Shown here: one piece after another, positions 1 to 15,920 of the stretch | How the letters are laid out: each line of letters opens with the position of its first letter | How positions within the stretch are numbered: position 1 is the first letter of the stretch | DNA from: Octopus vulgaris | Lineage: Eukaryota | Assembly: GCA_951406725.2 (NCBI GenBank) | Contig: OX597816.1 | Coordinates: 28,954,001 to 29,018,000 of the forward strand | DNA length: 64,000 bases | Direction of reading: 5' to 3' | The notes under the pieces: generated by a model | What the model was told of the DNA's origin: nothing | The model's database searches: none | What the model saw: the letters and a program-made list of their open reading frames with translations, nothing else | Translations under genes and position numbers: made by a program

Positions 1-37
1 GTAAACGAAAGTATATTTTTCTCACATAGAAATATTG

Positions 38-185
38 GTTTCAAATTTTGGCAGCAGGCCAATAATTTCGGGTAGGAGTAAAGTCGATTACATCGATACC
101 ACTGCATAACAGGTACTCATTTTATTGATCCATAGATGGTGAAAAGTAAAGTCGACCTCAGCGTGATTTGAACTCAGAACGTAAA
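38..185 (-). mobile_element. tRNA-derived SINE, family A, degenerate partial copy
   Basis: Reverse complement of the family A body (aaagtcgacctc...atttgaactcagaacgtaa) seen intact at 680-915. Confidence 0.8.
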
Positions 186-544
186 TCTTAGTTAGAAACA
201 TTAGAAATGCTGGTGTGTCTTTTTAGTTCTTGGCCATTGCTATGTATTCTGGAGATTTATGGGTTTAGAATGTAGTTCTTTATGTAGGCTTATGTGAAGA
301 AGGAGGGAAACAGCGTAGGTGTGTGTATGAACATTTGTGTGAGTATGTGGTTGTGTGTGTCATGAGAGAGAAAGAGACTGTGTATGTGCGCGCGCCCAGG
401 CCCACGCCTACGCGAGTGTGTGGTCTAGCGTATCTGTTCGTGTAGTTGAGTTTCCGTAAGTGTGTGTGTTCGTATGTGTGCGTGAACGTTTGAGTGTTTA
501 TTTTTTATGGTATTCCAGCTTTGCCGCTGTAAAGCGGCTCAGTC

Positions 545-1115
545 TCATGGAAAACTAAGACGCATAATGCTGCTGAACATCAAAAACAAGACACACATGA
601 AAATCAGGCAGCACAAAAAAACCAAATATACTGAAGAACACAATCTCACCACATGAGATGAAAGGTCCAGACTTATAGAATAAGGCGGCGAGCTGGCAGA
701 AATGTTAGCACGCCGGGCGAAATGCTTAGCAGTATTTCGTCTGCCGTTACGTTCTGAGTTCAAATTCCGCCGCGGTGGACTTTGCCTTTCATCCTTTCGG
801 GGTAGATTAAATAAGTACCAGTTACGCACTGGGGTCGATATAATCGACTTAATCCGTTTGTCTGTCCTTGTTAGTCCTCTCTGTGTTTAGCCCCTTGTGG
901 GTAGCAAAGATAAGATCCAGACTTATAGAGCTCATCCAACAAGAACGCCACCACGTAAACCATTCTTGTAAAAAACACTTTAGCCAAAAGTTAAAGTGAA
1001 TGAGGCAACAACAGGGAAAAGAGCATGGGAAAAAACCAAAGCGGATCCCTAAACAACATCGCCGGATATTAATATTGGATTGTAGGCTGCCAGGCGATTT
1101 CAACGAACGCCGATA
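545..1115 (+). mobile_element. Decayed retroelement coding remnant (possibly PLE N-terminal region), split by a SINE
   Basis: Removing the SINE and one TSD copy rejoins a frame reading ..DERSRLIELIQQERHHVNHSCKKHFSQKLK*. It is flanked by a diverged inverted repeat (225-275 vs 1858-1909). Family assignment is tentative. Confidence 0.35.
680..915 (+). mobile_element. tRNA-derived SINE, family A, full length
   Basis: Head ggcggcgagctggcagaa (A-box-like), B box gagttcaaattcc, and a 14-bp TSD tccagacttataga at 666-679 and 916-929. Confidence 0.92.
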
Positions 1116-1220
1116 CACTCACTCACACAGGAAGGAAAGAACACCTATCCACACACATCTACACACACACACCATGCATACACACGTACACACAGAGGCA
1201 TGCGTATATACCCGCACACA

Positions 1221-1453
1221 AGGCGGAGAGCTGGTAGAAACGTTAGCACCTCGGGCGAAATGCTTAGCGGTATTCCGTCTGCCGTTACGTTGTGAGTTCA
1301 AATTCCGCCGAGGTCGACTTTACCTTTCATCCTTTCGGGGTCGATAAATTAAGTACCAGTTACGCACTGGAGTCGATGTAATCGACTTAATACCTATGTC
1401 TGTCCTTGTTTGTCCCTTCTATGTTTAGCCCCTTGTGGGTAATAAAGAAATAG
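1221..1453 (+). mobile_element. tRNA-derived SINE, family A, full length
   Basis: Highly similar to 680-915; 17-bp TSD gtatatacccgcacaca at 1204-1220 and 1454-1470. Confidence 0.92.
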
Positions 1454-2949
1454 GTATATACCCGCACACACACACACACATACATCCATGGTAAAAGATC
1501 CACAAGTACACACACTTCATACCTTCACAGTCTCATGATCTTACAAGCACGCACACACACACACACATCCTGGAATATACTCAAATAAATAAGAAAACAC
1601 ACGTTCACTCACACACATACGAACATACACTCTCATTAACAGAACCAACTCACTCACACGAGCACACTAGAACACACATTGGCACACGCACACACTCACA
1701 CACACACACACACACACACAAACACATAAACATGCCTGCAGGCGCAGATGCTCAGACACACGCGCCGGACATATAGATGCCCACACTCGAGCACACAGAC
1801 GCTCACACGCGCACATGTCTTGTTCGTCCGCTTCACCTCCTCCACCTCATATAATATCTACACCCTAAGCCCATAAATCTTCAGCAGACATGAGGCTGAC
1901 CAAGACCTGAATCGACAAACGGCTGAACCCTTAAAGAGGTCACGGATAGCAAGAGCACTCCTATCCACAAACACAAACACGCATTCAAGAAGTCACATGG
2001 ATGTTACACACTGCCACACGCACACACACACACACTAGCATAGGCGCTCTTACACACAGAGAAACACGTTTACATTCTTCCTTAAATCATTTTCTAAGCA
2101 AACATACATTTACACACATGCATACAATCATGTTTTCGCTTCGAATCGTATGGCAATCTAATGCAACTGCAAGGAATGTTCTTGCAACTGCTAAATATTT
2201 TCTAACCATTACTGACTACCTGCAACTCTTCTGTATTTATTTACAAAGTTGCCAATAGCTTTTATTTCGTAACTATAGATTTGACATACATTTTTATAAA
2301 TAAACCAACAACCAAACTACATTAACCCTAAATAATCAACAAAATTAATTTTGTCCCAAAAAAGTTGATTATCTAAGTAAGTATGTTTTATACAGACTGT
2401 ATTACAAACATATACACCCCTCACGGTTTTGTGCATAAACAGCGCGAAATATCGTTTGCTCTTCGTATAAAGAATTAACGAATAAATATGCATCATATTT
2501 CTAAATCATTTTTTTTTTCGGTTACAAATTGTGATCTTTGTTCACTGAATGCATTTCGAGTTTTCGAATATTCATTCCTTAAGTTATGCCCCAATGCTTT
2601 CCAAATTCATCGTACGAATGTGCGTAATTTTTACCAGAACTTCATAAAATATCAATAGTCACACCCCCACATACTCACAATCTCATGAATTTCATCAAAT
2701 ACGTCCTCATAGAGTATGCGGGTTTGAGTGGGGTGACAATTAGATTATAATGGTTGATTGTTATGGAAAGGTGTCTTGGAAATTGTTTACAAACAAGACT
2801 ATAAGTGTGTCACTTTTGTGATGTAGGCACAAGGAGTGACAGAATTTTTTGTATTTTTTGTTTATAATCCTTTTGCTTTGACAATGTAAAGGAATATGTA
2901 TACATACATACATACATATATGCACACACACACATATATATATACAGTT

Positions 2950-3150
2950 AATCCAAACATGAAAAATACCAAGAGAACACACAAAAACGCGCGGACGTGG
3001 AACAAATATAGTATTATTGGACGCTCAGGAAGGAAGGGAAGAAGGAGGGTTTTACGTTTTGAGCGGGGCTCTTCGTCGAAAACATAGGAAAAGGAAAGAT
3101 CCAGAGAAGGGAAGACGGAGGAAAAAAAATCGCCACCGGTACACACTCGT
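2950..3150 (-). repeat. Short PLE-terminal-repeat-like element with degenerate hammerhead motif
   Basis: Minus strand 3049-3083 reads ttcgacga-a-gagc-ccc-gctc-aaaa-cgta: hammerhead layout with substitutions in the core. Confidence 0.4.
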
Positions 3151-4089
3151 ATAAACATACATAATACATACACAGGCACACACGCACGCAAGCACGTACA
3201 TACTCACACACACACACACATGCACACACACACATATACACATATGGCGGATGCTAAAAGTACAAACTAAATGGCAAAGATTATACACTAATAAACTTTA
3301 AAATAAATGCCTTTTGCACAATGTGATATGGCTTTAAATTGCATGTCTTATTCAGGAAAATAAATTGAGCAGATGGAAAAGATTTGTTGCCTTTAAACTT
3401 GCACTGGTTCTAAAGGGAAACAAGATTAATCCGAAACGGTCTGTTATATGGTAACACTGCTCATCCTATGTGTGTATAATGCACACGAAATCGACATTGT
3501 GTGATTTTTCAAGGTTAGTGCGTCAACAAAAACTTTCTGCTCGTCATTGTTTCCATTCGTTGCATTTCCGATTTGTAATAACATCCAGGAGTATAAGTGT
3601 AATGGAACCGTTAAATGGAGTCCTATTTCCACTGAATTTACCGCAAAATATATCAAAGTTAAGTATAATGTTAAGGATTAAGCATTATGCTAAGGATTAC
3701 ATTACCCATATATAAATATGCAAAAATTAAGCGAAGGCGAATGAAGTGTCTATCAACAAATTAAACCAGTTCAATTACAACAAATACAATATGAAATCTT
3801 GTCTTATTAATGTAATCCTCGTCTCAAGAGGATGAGTCGAAATTACTCAAATATCAACTGACACCACACCCACATAAGAAAGGGAGATATTTCCGGAACA
3901 AAGATGAAATGACATTAAATCCCTACTGTATGGGAAAAAAACCCCATCAGTTTTGGACATGTATTTTTGCTTCAACTGGAGTTATCAGCATGATATTTTT
4001 GATATCAATGTTAATTAGTCAAAGATTTGTATCATATTGTATACCAGTTCTTGATTATTTGTTTCTTAATAGTGTTCTACGCTTTCTTT

Positions 4090-4603
<514 letters not shown>

Positions 4604-4829
4604 TATATATATATATATATGTATGTATATATGTCGCCTATTGAGACGGAAACAGTTGTTCCTGAATGTATTTTGTGTCTCTGGATAAAATGAACGTCGC
4701 TTTCGTTAATTGTACGTCAAATTCTTGGAGAATTCTTAATTTCTGTTATCATACACCCTTCTCATAGAAAGTGCTTTTTTTATATCTGGAACAGTCTACT
4801 GTCCCTTTCCTAGAGAGAGATTAGAGTGG

Positions 4830-5115
4830 AGACATGCAGGGACACAACCCTGAAGACATTTGGTCCAATGAATCGATCCTAGTACTCAGTTATTTTATAA
4901 GCCAGGTGCTTATTGTATCGATCTTATTTGACGAATATTTATGTTACGGGACGTAAAGGCCTCAACACTCTCTGTCAATCGCCGGTGAAGGACAAACACT
5001 GACACAAACGCACTTACACACACGCACACACATACACAACGGGCTTCTTTTAGTTCCCTGCGGTGGGCCGAGACTATATTACAAGATACTTGCCGAAGGT
5101 GCTACGCAATGGTAC
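4830..5115 (-). mobile_element. SINE family B, degenerate
   Basis: Reverse-complement similarity to 57841-58240 (acgggcttctttt, gggccgagactatat, gatacttgccgaaggtgctacgca). Confidence 0.65.
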
Positions 5116-5277
5116 TATATTTGGAACAAGGTTTTCAGAAGCAAACGTCTTTCTACATACACACACCTATCCCGAATTAATTTATAGGGTATGGTATTTG
5201 TGTAACATACGTCTACATGCATAAATAAACATAGATTAGAACACACATACGCACACACGCGTGCATATATGTATATG

Positions 5278-5330
<53 letters not shown>

Positions 5331-5362
5331 AAGTAAATATGTATATACACACAAACACACAA

Positions 5363-5405
<43 letters not shown>

Positions 5406-5422
5406 AAATATAAAAATGGAAC

Positions 5423-5481
<59 letters not shown>

Positions 5482-5823
5482 GTGAGTGAGTGAGTGAGTG
5501 AGTAAGTGAGTGAGGGAGGGAGTGAGAGTGATATAGTCAGGTAAGCACATAAAGGCAAAAGAGAATGGAAAAAATTTACTCGAATACCAAAGGTAGAGTA
5601 ATATGCGTTTGCATTAATGCCGAAAAAATCTTCACGAATGATTACACATTTTCTCACGTGACCTTTCATCAAACTATTTTGATAATACTGAATATTACAT
5701 TATGTGACTATTTATATGTGTGTGTGTGTATGCTTTTGTATTAATGCCGAAAAAAATTTCACGAGACCTTTTACCAGATCATTGTGATATCGCTGAATAT
5801 TAAATTATTCGATGATATATATA

Positions 5824-5868
<45 letters not shown>

Positions 5869-6467
5869 GGGAAGAGACATACACTAAAGCGCACACAACT
5901 GACACAGAATATATATATACATATTTCCCTAAAAATATCTATATATATGCACATATATTCTTTTATTATTTTATTTTTTATATATATGTAATATCATATA
6001 ATCCAATATAATTTGATGTGATATTATATAGTCTTTACAGTTCAACGAATAAGCATTTCAATCTGATTCGGTAAGTGATTTAAAAAAATTAATGGTGTAA
6101 TTTTGGCAGCCAGTAGTGGTTGACCTAAGCGAAGTAATATCAACGATGCCTCAAAAAAAAAAAAAAAAAAAACAGAAATATGTATAAAATCTTTTAAAAG
6201 GCAAAAAAAGGATTAATAGAATATATCCAGAAATGGTAATTGAAAATACTTAAAAAATATATAACAGAAGGGCTAAAGAAGGGGCTAAAATTGAAATTAG
6301 AAATAGTATTAAAAATAGATACTGTAGATGAGATTGAAATAAGTAAAAGAACAGAAAAAGTATGATAGATTAAAAGTAAAATAAGAAGAAATATCAATAA
6401 CAAAAACAAGAACATCAACAGCAAGAACAAGAACAACAACAGCAATAATAATGATAATAATAACTGT

Positions 6468-6590
6468 GGTTTCAAATGTTGGCTCAAGACCAGTAATTTC
6501 GGGGGTGGGACTAAATCGATTTGATAGATGCCAGTGCTTGCTCAAACGAAAGGGGAAGTGGACCTCGGAAGCATTTGAACTGTGAACGAA
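6468..6590 (-). mobile_element. SINE family A fragment
   Basis: ggtttcaaatgttggctcaagaccag...gacctcgg...atttgaact matches the family A reverse strand. Confidence 0.65.
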
Positions 6591-6599
6591 TTACAAGGA

Positions 6600-7212
<613 letters not shown>

Positions 7213-7213
<1 letters not shown>

Positions 7214-7309
7214 TCTTTCTACTATTTGGGGGAGTGGCCAGTCGATTAGATCGACCTTAGTATGCAGCTGGTACTTAATTTATCGACCCCGAAATGATGA
7301 AAGCAAAGT
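7213..7309 (-). mobile_element. SINE family A fragment
   Basis: gtcgattagatcgacc...ctggtacttaatttatcgaccccgaaa matches the family A reverse strand. Confidence 0.75.
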
Positions 7310-8790
7310 ATGTTGTAACGCTAGCAGGGATATTAACAACTGCTAAGGAGTTCAGCAACGACATCGGGTTGGATTTTGGCCTCGATATGTGTGCTAAAGC
7401 AACATTTATAAAGGCAACTTCCATTGAATTAAATACTCACACTACCATGCTACTATGAAAGAAAAAATAAGACAGGAGTATTTCAGAATATGACCCATAC
7501 TAAAAACTGAACTCCAGTCCAAAAGTAGCACCGAAGACATTAACGCCCTGGCACTTCCATTAGCCCAATATAGTTTTAACATCATTAACTGGAATCTTAC
7601 AGAACTCCAACGCTTGGACAGGAAGGCAAGAAAACTACTAACATCTAATAAAATGCACCCAAAAGTAGACGTTGATCGCTTGTACCTACCTATAAATAAT
7701 GGGGGAAGAGGAATGATGCAGGTATAACTGTGCTATAAGACCTCCACAGTATAAATGAATAAGTATTTATCTAGTGCAGAGGACTGGATGCTGCGTCTTG
7801 TGTGCAAAAGCGAAAGCAGCCAAAAATCACATTCTCTTGTTAAGGAAGCTTTCAAATTTGCAAGGGAGCTTAGCATTAACTCTGAATTAGATGAAGAAAC
7901 TGAAAACACTACCACGGAAAAACAAAACGGATCAAACAGACTGCAAAAGGAAACGGGCAGAAACAAATTGAGGAACGGTGAAGCCAGAAGCCTCTGCAGG
8001 GACAGTATATACTTCGAAGCTGAAATACTGGTGTAGACCAAGCAACAGTCCATCAGTGTCTACGAAGCTCAGTACTAAAAGCAAAGACTCAAGTTTTTAT
8101 ATTAGTGGCACAAGATCCAAGTTTGCTAACGAAAAACTACCAGGCTAACGTTCTTCAAAACGATTCTTACCATAAATGCAGATTCTGCGATAAATTTGAT
8201 GACACAATTGACCATCTTGTCTCCGGATGTCCTGTGCTGACGCCAAACAAATACAAAAATAGCCACGATAGAGGAGGACAGTATTTACATTGGAAAATAT
8301 GTAAACACTACAAAATCAGTACTTCTGCTTACTGATATGTACATCATCCTGAGCCTGTTGTTGAAGGGAAAAATGTCACTATCCTCTTGGATTTTTCAGT
8401 CAACACCAATAGAACTAAAGGACCAGACATAATCATTAAAGGCAGGGAAGAAAATACTTGTAGACTAATAGATCTAAGTGTTCACACTGATAAAAATATA
8501 TTTGTAAAGGAGTTTGACAAATTGAGTAATTATAATTGAATTTGAAATACAAAAGATGTGGCATCTTAAATTGAGAACTGTTCCAGCTATTGTGGGTGCC
8601 CTAAGTATGATAAGAAAGGGATGTCAGAAACATGTAGATAATATTTCTGAGGAAACATCTCTCAGAGGAATCCAAAAGATTGTGCTGACTAGTACTGCCC
8701 ACATCCTTAGAAAAAACATATTATACACGCTGTATGTGTCTCGGCGAGTTATTGTAGCAAACATGCCGATTGAAAGTAAAAAAAAATAAT
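7310..8790 (+). mobile_element. R4/Dong-type non-LTR retrotransposon (RT end, CCHC knuckle, RLE endonuclease), 5'-truncated and pseudogenised
   Basis: Translations: FSNDIGLDFGLDMCAK (late RT), VDRLYLP..GGRGM, AQD..L.TKNY..CRFC..TIDHLVSGC..HD..LHWKIC (zinc knuckle), PDIII..CRLIDL (PD..D RLE), MWHLK..VPAIVGAL..IQKIVL..TAHILRK (C-terminus). Many stops and frameshifts. Confidence 0.92.
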
Positions 8791-8821
8791 AGTGATGATG
8801 ATGATGATAATCCGAAAAAGA

Positions 8822-8877
<56 letters not shown>

Positions 8878-8899
8878 CAGTAGTAGTAGTAGTAGTAGC

Positions 8900-8946
<47 letters not shown>

Positions 8947-8953
8947 CAGCAGC

Positions 8954-8988
<35 letters not shown>

Positions 8989-9056
8989 AAGAAGAAGAAG
9001 AAGAAGAAGAAGAAGAAGAAGAAGAAGAAGAAGAAGAAGAAGAAGAAGAAGAAGAA
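8822..9056. repeat. Compound (AGT)n-(AGA)n microsatellite
   Basis: Direct reading. Confidence 0.98.
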
Positions 9057-9289
9057 TAGAGAAAGGTATAAGCGAAATAAAAACCAAAGAGAGAATATGA
9101 AGGGATAAATAAGAAAAGAAATAAAGGGAAAGGGGATATGAGGTAGCAATACAGGAAGGATGAGAAAGACAAGAAATAAATATAGAATAAACCATGTGTG
9201 TGTGTAATATATGAAGTGTAAATATAAGTTTTTTTACTTGTATTCTATGGACAAATATTTTTTCAACAGATTTCTGTCCAATTGTTATC

Positions 9290-10945
9290 ACAGATAATTA
9301 TAAAACAGCGGATAATAATTTATATAAAGACATGCTTCTCGAACCAAGAAGAATCGTAACCAGCTTTATCGTTAATAACAGGTTAGATTATCTTCCCCAC
9401 GTAAGCCCTTTATTACTCTTAATAACCACAAAACCAATTTAGAAGAAATCCTAAACATAAACTAATTAATCCTGCTAAAATAGAGATAACAAAAGTATTT
9501 CAGATTCAGTTTTGCATCAGATGAGTAGTGTTATAAGAATAACCTTTTAGATTAACAATCAGTCTGTCTTAGACCGCTTTAAGGGTATTAATGACTAGCA
9601 ATGCATCCAGTCGTTGCCTGGGTGTTAAGACCAACAGACACATCGTATTATTTGTTCCTTTCTTATGGGCAGAATTCCCACACGAGGAGAATGAAGCAAG
9701 CAACTCTTCTTTATAAATGTTTTTCAGTCATTTGCTGATGAACAACGCTGCAGAGAGAGAAAGGGAGAGAGAGAGAAAGAAAGAGGGAGAGAGAGAGAAA
9801 GAAAGAGGGAGAGAGAGAGAAAGAAAGAGGGAGAGAGAGAGAAAGAAAGAGGGAGAGAGAGAGAAAGAAAGAGGGAGAGAGAGAAGTGTATGTGGTAGCT
9901 TGAGCTACTACAGATAGTAGCCAAATCTCTCTTGAAACACACTTTTACATCAAAAGAAAGACACAGATTCGCAGTACTTCAGGAAGAGAAAAACAACTAT
10001 GCGATGGGTCTGCTACATCAGAGGCAACTCTGGGTTAAACAAAATACAGACAAACATGCTTCACATTAAAATATTTATCTACTAAATAATACTAATAAAG
10101 TTGACGGTATATCTTCGAAATTACATTCCCTGGTAAAACTCCATGCATTTTAAACATTTTCTCATTATGCTGTAAGACAAAAATTGTTCAGACAGAGTTG
10201 GCTCCAGTAGCTAAAGACCTCAAAATTGTGTTAGCTGACCTCGTTTTCGAGGTTATTTTTCTAGTAAAAAAGAGATGTCGTGCCAAAAATCATACTTTAT
10301 TTGGTAGTGGAAAGATTACTGAATCATTTGATATCTCATAAGTCAAAATCGGCAACACCGGTTTCGAGTCCATAAGGAACATACGCACGCACAAACGCCC
10401 GCAAGCACACACACACACACACACATACACACACACACACACACACATACACACACACACACACACACAGACTGTGTATCATATATATAGAAAACATAGC
10501 TCTTAGATAACCCAGTTTGATACCAAGTACTTTTACCTGTCTATAACAAGAACACAGATTTTAAGGTCACTAGATTTAGAGTACAAACTCATCAGCCACT
10601 ATGAACTTGACATTATTTCATATGCCAGGGAAACTTCACTTTTCTTTGATGATTCTACCTAGCTCAAGAAGAATGGAGAATTTTTGTTCGATGTGCAGAT
10701 TGGCGCATACAACGGAACAGAATTATTGATATTCATTTTGCATAATTTGCATTTAGAATTTCCTTTCTGGAAAGCAGGTCTATACGGGGATATGACCTTA
10801 TGGTCACACGTAACATGAATGGCATGAAGTGGTGGGCCTTACGAAGAATCTAATAGCATTCTTCCAAAGAATGGCTACAAAATCACAGTCGACAGAAATC
10901 TTAGTAGTGTTTGCTTTTTGGTTATTAATCTAAGTTTAATGATTG
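9290..10945 (+). mobile_element. Penelope-like element RT remnant (Naiad-type motifs), interrupted by other repeats
   Basis: KPFITLNNHK..NPKHKLINPAK at about 9403-9480; FDVQIGAYNGTE at about 10687-10722; GLYGD at about 10778. These are the same motifs as in the 23.4-25.5 kb element. Confidence 0.65.
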
Positions 10946-11020
10946 AACAAGTTAATTGGGGTATGTGGGCAGTTCTGTATGTATTTACTAGGGAAGCATA
11001 GATGATGGAACGGTAATAAT

Positions 11021-11068
<48 letters not shown>

Positions 11069-11519
11069 GGGAATGTTTGGTGATGTGTTGATATTTATGT
11101 ATACAGATGTTAGGATGGGTAGTATAGTTTTGCCGTAATCACAGCTTCCCCAAGTAATTCAGGTATTGTACGGTCAGGATGTAAAGCTATTTTACAGCAG
11201 AGTTGACAAATGATGTTCTCTTAAAGGATCCTTTTAATTACTTCTAGTGGTACAATGTTATAGAATATAGCATAGGAAAAAAATGATTTTCATTTGTTTA
11301 GTTTGTTTATTTGATCTTCACTTGTTCCGTTAGATGTTAACGATTTTTTTCTGTTTGAAACTGTGCTTTTCGAATTCTAGAAATGATGCCTATATGTGTG
11401 TGTGTGCCCATATGCCATAATATATCTATGTATGTGTTGTGTATGCTGGTTTGTCGGTATGTATGTAAGTAGATGTATGTATCTGTTTGCGTCTGTGTAT
11501 GTTTGTATGTGTATGTACG

Positions 11520-11594
<75 letters not shown>

Positions 11595-11865
11595 CCTAGA
11601 TTTCAACATCAATGATAAAATGAAATAATGTTTCATCCGTGTCCTCATCAGCATAGGCGCTATAATTCATGTATCTCTGTGGAACATTGTAGATGCACAT
11701 GTTCCATTTATATATATTATAAATATTCAAATCTACCGCACAGGCGCAGTTATAATCGGCAGCAAATTAAAATTTCTGTACCAATATACTTCAAAATTAC
11801 GAACATTCTATTAAGAAAATATATAGGGTAGACAATTTAGAAAAATGTTCTACTGCTGGCTAGCA

Positions 11866-11899
<34 letters not shown>

Positions 11900-11984
11900 T
11901 TTATGCGTCTGTGTATGTGTGTGTGTGCGTGTGTGTATTTTTGCAGACGTTTAGATGTAGTTGTCTTAGTTGTATATTTATTCA

Positions 11985-12163
11985 TTTCGTCTGCCGTTAC
12001 GTTCTGAGTTCAAATTCCGCTAAGGTCGACTTTGCCTTTCTTCCTTTTGAGGTCGATAAATAAAGCCCCATTTGCGCACTGGGGTCGATGTAATCGACTT
12101 AATCCCTTTGTCTGTCCTTGTTTGTCCCTTCTATGTTTAGCTCCTTGTGGGCAATGAAGAAAT
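11985..12163 (+). mobile_element. SINE family A, 5'-truncated
   Basis: tttcgtctgccgttacgttctgagttcaaattccgc...ttgtgggcaatgaagaaat matches the family A body. Confidence 0.88.
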
Positions 12164-12527
12164 ATATTTATGCAATTTTTATGATTTATACCATTTTTTA
12201 TTTTATATATTTTACCTTATCTGTGCTGGTACATTGTTCACCTACGGTTTCACAACCATTAACCCGCCCTCTTTTAGGGGTTACGTATTCAATTTTTGCC
12301 ATCATTTTCCATAAACAATCCATTAACCTTTAATACTCCATAGTACTCCTGCGCCTTAAAGTGATACTTCATTTCCATTATCTGATATGCATTTATATCG
12401 TTAAATCACCTTTTCCCCGATTCCATTCTATATTTATTTCTCTTATTTATCTTATTCTGACTGTACTTCCTCTCCTTTCCTCTTTCCTTTTATTTCCTAT
12501 TTTTCTCCTTTCCCATTTCGATCTTTT

Positions 12528-12951
12528 GTCTTCTTCTTCTTCTTCTTCTTCTTCTTCTTCTTCTTCTTCTTCTTCTTCTTCTTCTTCTTCTTCTTCTTCT
12601 TCTTCTTCTTCTTCTTCTTCTTCTTCTCCTTCTTCTTCTTCTCCTTCTTCTTCTTCTTCTTCTTCTTCTTCTCCTTCTTCTTCTTCTCCTTCTTTTTCTC
12701 CTTCTCCTTCTTCTTCTCCTTCTTCTTCTTCTCCTTCTTCTTCTTCTTCTTCTTCTTCTTCTTCTTCTCCTTCTTCTTCTTCTCCTTCTTTTTCTCCTTC
12801 TCCTTCTTCTCCTCCTTCTTCTTCTTCTCCTTCTTCTTCTTCTTCTTCTTCTTCTTCTCCTTCTCCTTCTTCCTCATCTCCTTCTTCTCCTTTTTCTTCT
12901 TCTTCTTCTTCTTCTTCTTCTACTTCTTCTTCTGCTTCTTCTTCTGCTTCT

Positions 12952-12991
<40 letters not shown>

Positions 12992-13036
12992 GCCGCCACC
13001 ACCACCACCACCACCACCACCACTACTACTACTACT
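12528..13036. repeat. Compound (CTT/CCT)n-(TAC)n-(CAC)n microsatellite
   Basis: Direct reading; about 420 bp of uninterrupted or nearly uninterrupted polypyrimidine. Confidence 0.98.
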
Positions 13037-13037
13037 A

Positions 13038-13255
13038 AGGCGGCGCCCTTGGCAGAATCGTTAGAACGCCGGGAGAAATGCTTAGCAGTATTTCGCCGCT
13101 GCTACTTTCTGAGTTCAAATTCCGCCGAGTTCTACTTTGTCTTTCATCCTTTCGGGCTCGATGAAATAAGTACCAGTTACGCACTAGGGGCAATATAATC
13201 GACTATCCTACTTCCCCTCAAATTTTCCGGGTAATGTGCCTAGTGTAGATATGAT
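13038..13255 (+). mobile_element. SINE family A, variant 3' tail
   Basis: Family A head and B box; the tail cccctcaaatttt..gtgcctag is shared with the last unit at 50260-50308. Confidence 0.85.
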
Positions 13256-13492
13256 CATTATTATCATTATTACTACCATCATCGTCATCATCACTATTAT
13301 TATTATTGTTATTATTATTGCAATTTCTACTCTTCTTCTTTTTCTTTCCTTTTGAATTGTTTACGTATTGTATTATCAACACTTATTAATTTTAATTTCA
13401 ATTTTTAATCCCTCTTTTTGCACTTCTATTATATTCCTTTTAGTTGTGTGCATAGAATATATCCATTTCAATATGACAAGAGGGATAATGGT

Positions 13493-14813
<1,321 letters not shown>

Positions 14814-14840
14814 TATGCAATATTGTTACTGGATTGAAAA

Positions 14841-14881
<41 letters not shown>

Positions 14882-15064
14882 ATCATCAGATTTGTGAACA
14901 TAACATTACGTAAATTTAGTTGGGTATTATATTTGAAGTGACGTAGATGGTAGATATAGTGCAACATGATTAAGGAAATAGCAAGAATAACAGGTTGATA
15001 GAACCATGGCAGTGGCAGATGAAATATCTTGCGATATATTGTGATGCATCTTAAGGTTCGAATT

Positions 15065-15920
15065 TACAGGGCGATCAATATTATGTTTGCTTTTCCTTAT
15101 CATAGTTTTGCCAAAATTTTGGGTCGTCCGGGATATCTGTGCGATTTCGATTCCTGTAATTTTGAACGATTCATATAGCAGTTGTTTTGTTGGTGCAGTT
15201 AATAAGTTGATATTAATTGCAGTATGGTAATCTATTGGTCACTTCTCAACCAACGAATCACTATATCTCTTAATTGTTCCAGGCCTTCTCAAAGACAAAT
15301 ATGGATAAGAAAGCATTTAATTTTCAGCAAGTAATGCAATTTTCTTTATAAAGGAATGATCAAGGAGCTTCCGAAAGAAGGAAAACTATTTCTGAAGTGC
15401 ATGATGATGATGTTGTTTGAGAATCAACGTTCATGTTCCGAAAATGTTTTTCTAAAATTCAGATCTGGGATTTCGTCTGAATGTATGCCAATCGCTATAG
15501 AAGACGTTCGGAGATTGACGCTGTTTTCAAAATAAACAATTAAGTTAAGCAAAGTATCAAAACTAGGGAGTTTGTTGAGATGCTGAAAGTTTTGAAAAAT
15601 GCTGTTCATGAATACTTAACGAAATTTTTGTTCATTTCCTTCAATGATATTTGGAAACCCAACGACAGTTTAGAGAAAAAGTGAATGAACAGTTATTATA
15701 TTGGCGAGGGGATCTTAAAATGCAATGAAACTTATTTTCTTTAATCGATTGGTGACTGAAGATAAAAACAAAAAACAAGATTTGTCTATGTTGATGTAGT
15801 GCGAAAAAAATCCGGGTTTTGTATGAAAATACATCAGAACAGCTACCAAAGCGCAATACTCATGCCAAAATACAATGATTTTGTATGGTGTCATTTCAAA
15901 ATCATTATTTTTTTATGAGT
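15065..15920 (+). mobile_element. mariner-type transposase relic (N-terminal HTH to first catalytic Asp region)
   Basis: Across frameshifts: MDKK..ISEVHDDDVV*EST..KFRSGIS (HTH), FLNRLVTED and RVLYEN (compare FL.RIVTGDEKW.LYEN). A possible terminus ta-cagggcg lies at 15065. Confidence 0.55.

Noticed and set aside
545-1347. Recurrent ORFs such as MRNWYLFN..RKDERQS..RRNLNSER (also at 49896, 52140 and 61850)
   Set aside because: They are incidental translations of SINE family A, not a protein family.
3448-3682. Plus-strand frame MVTLLILCVY..IV*FFKVSAS..CNGTVKW with one in-frame TGA, and a possible splice signal at tttttcaag/gttagt
   Set aside because: No recognisable domain, no SECIS identified and no partner exons; consistent with chance.
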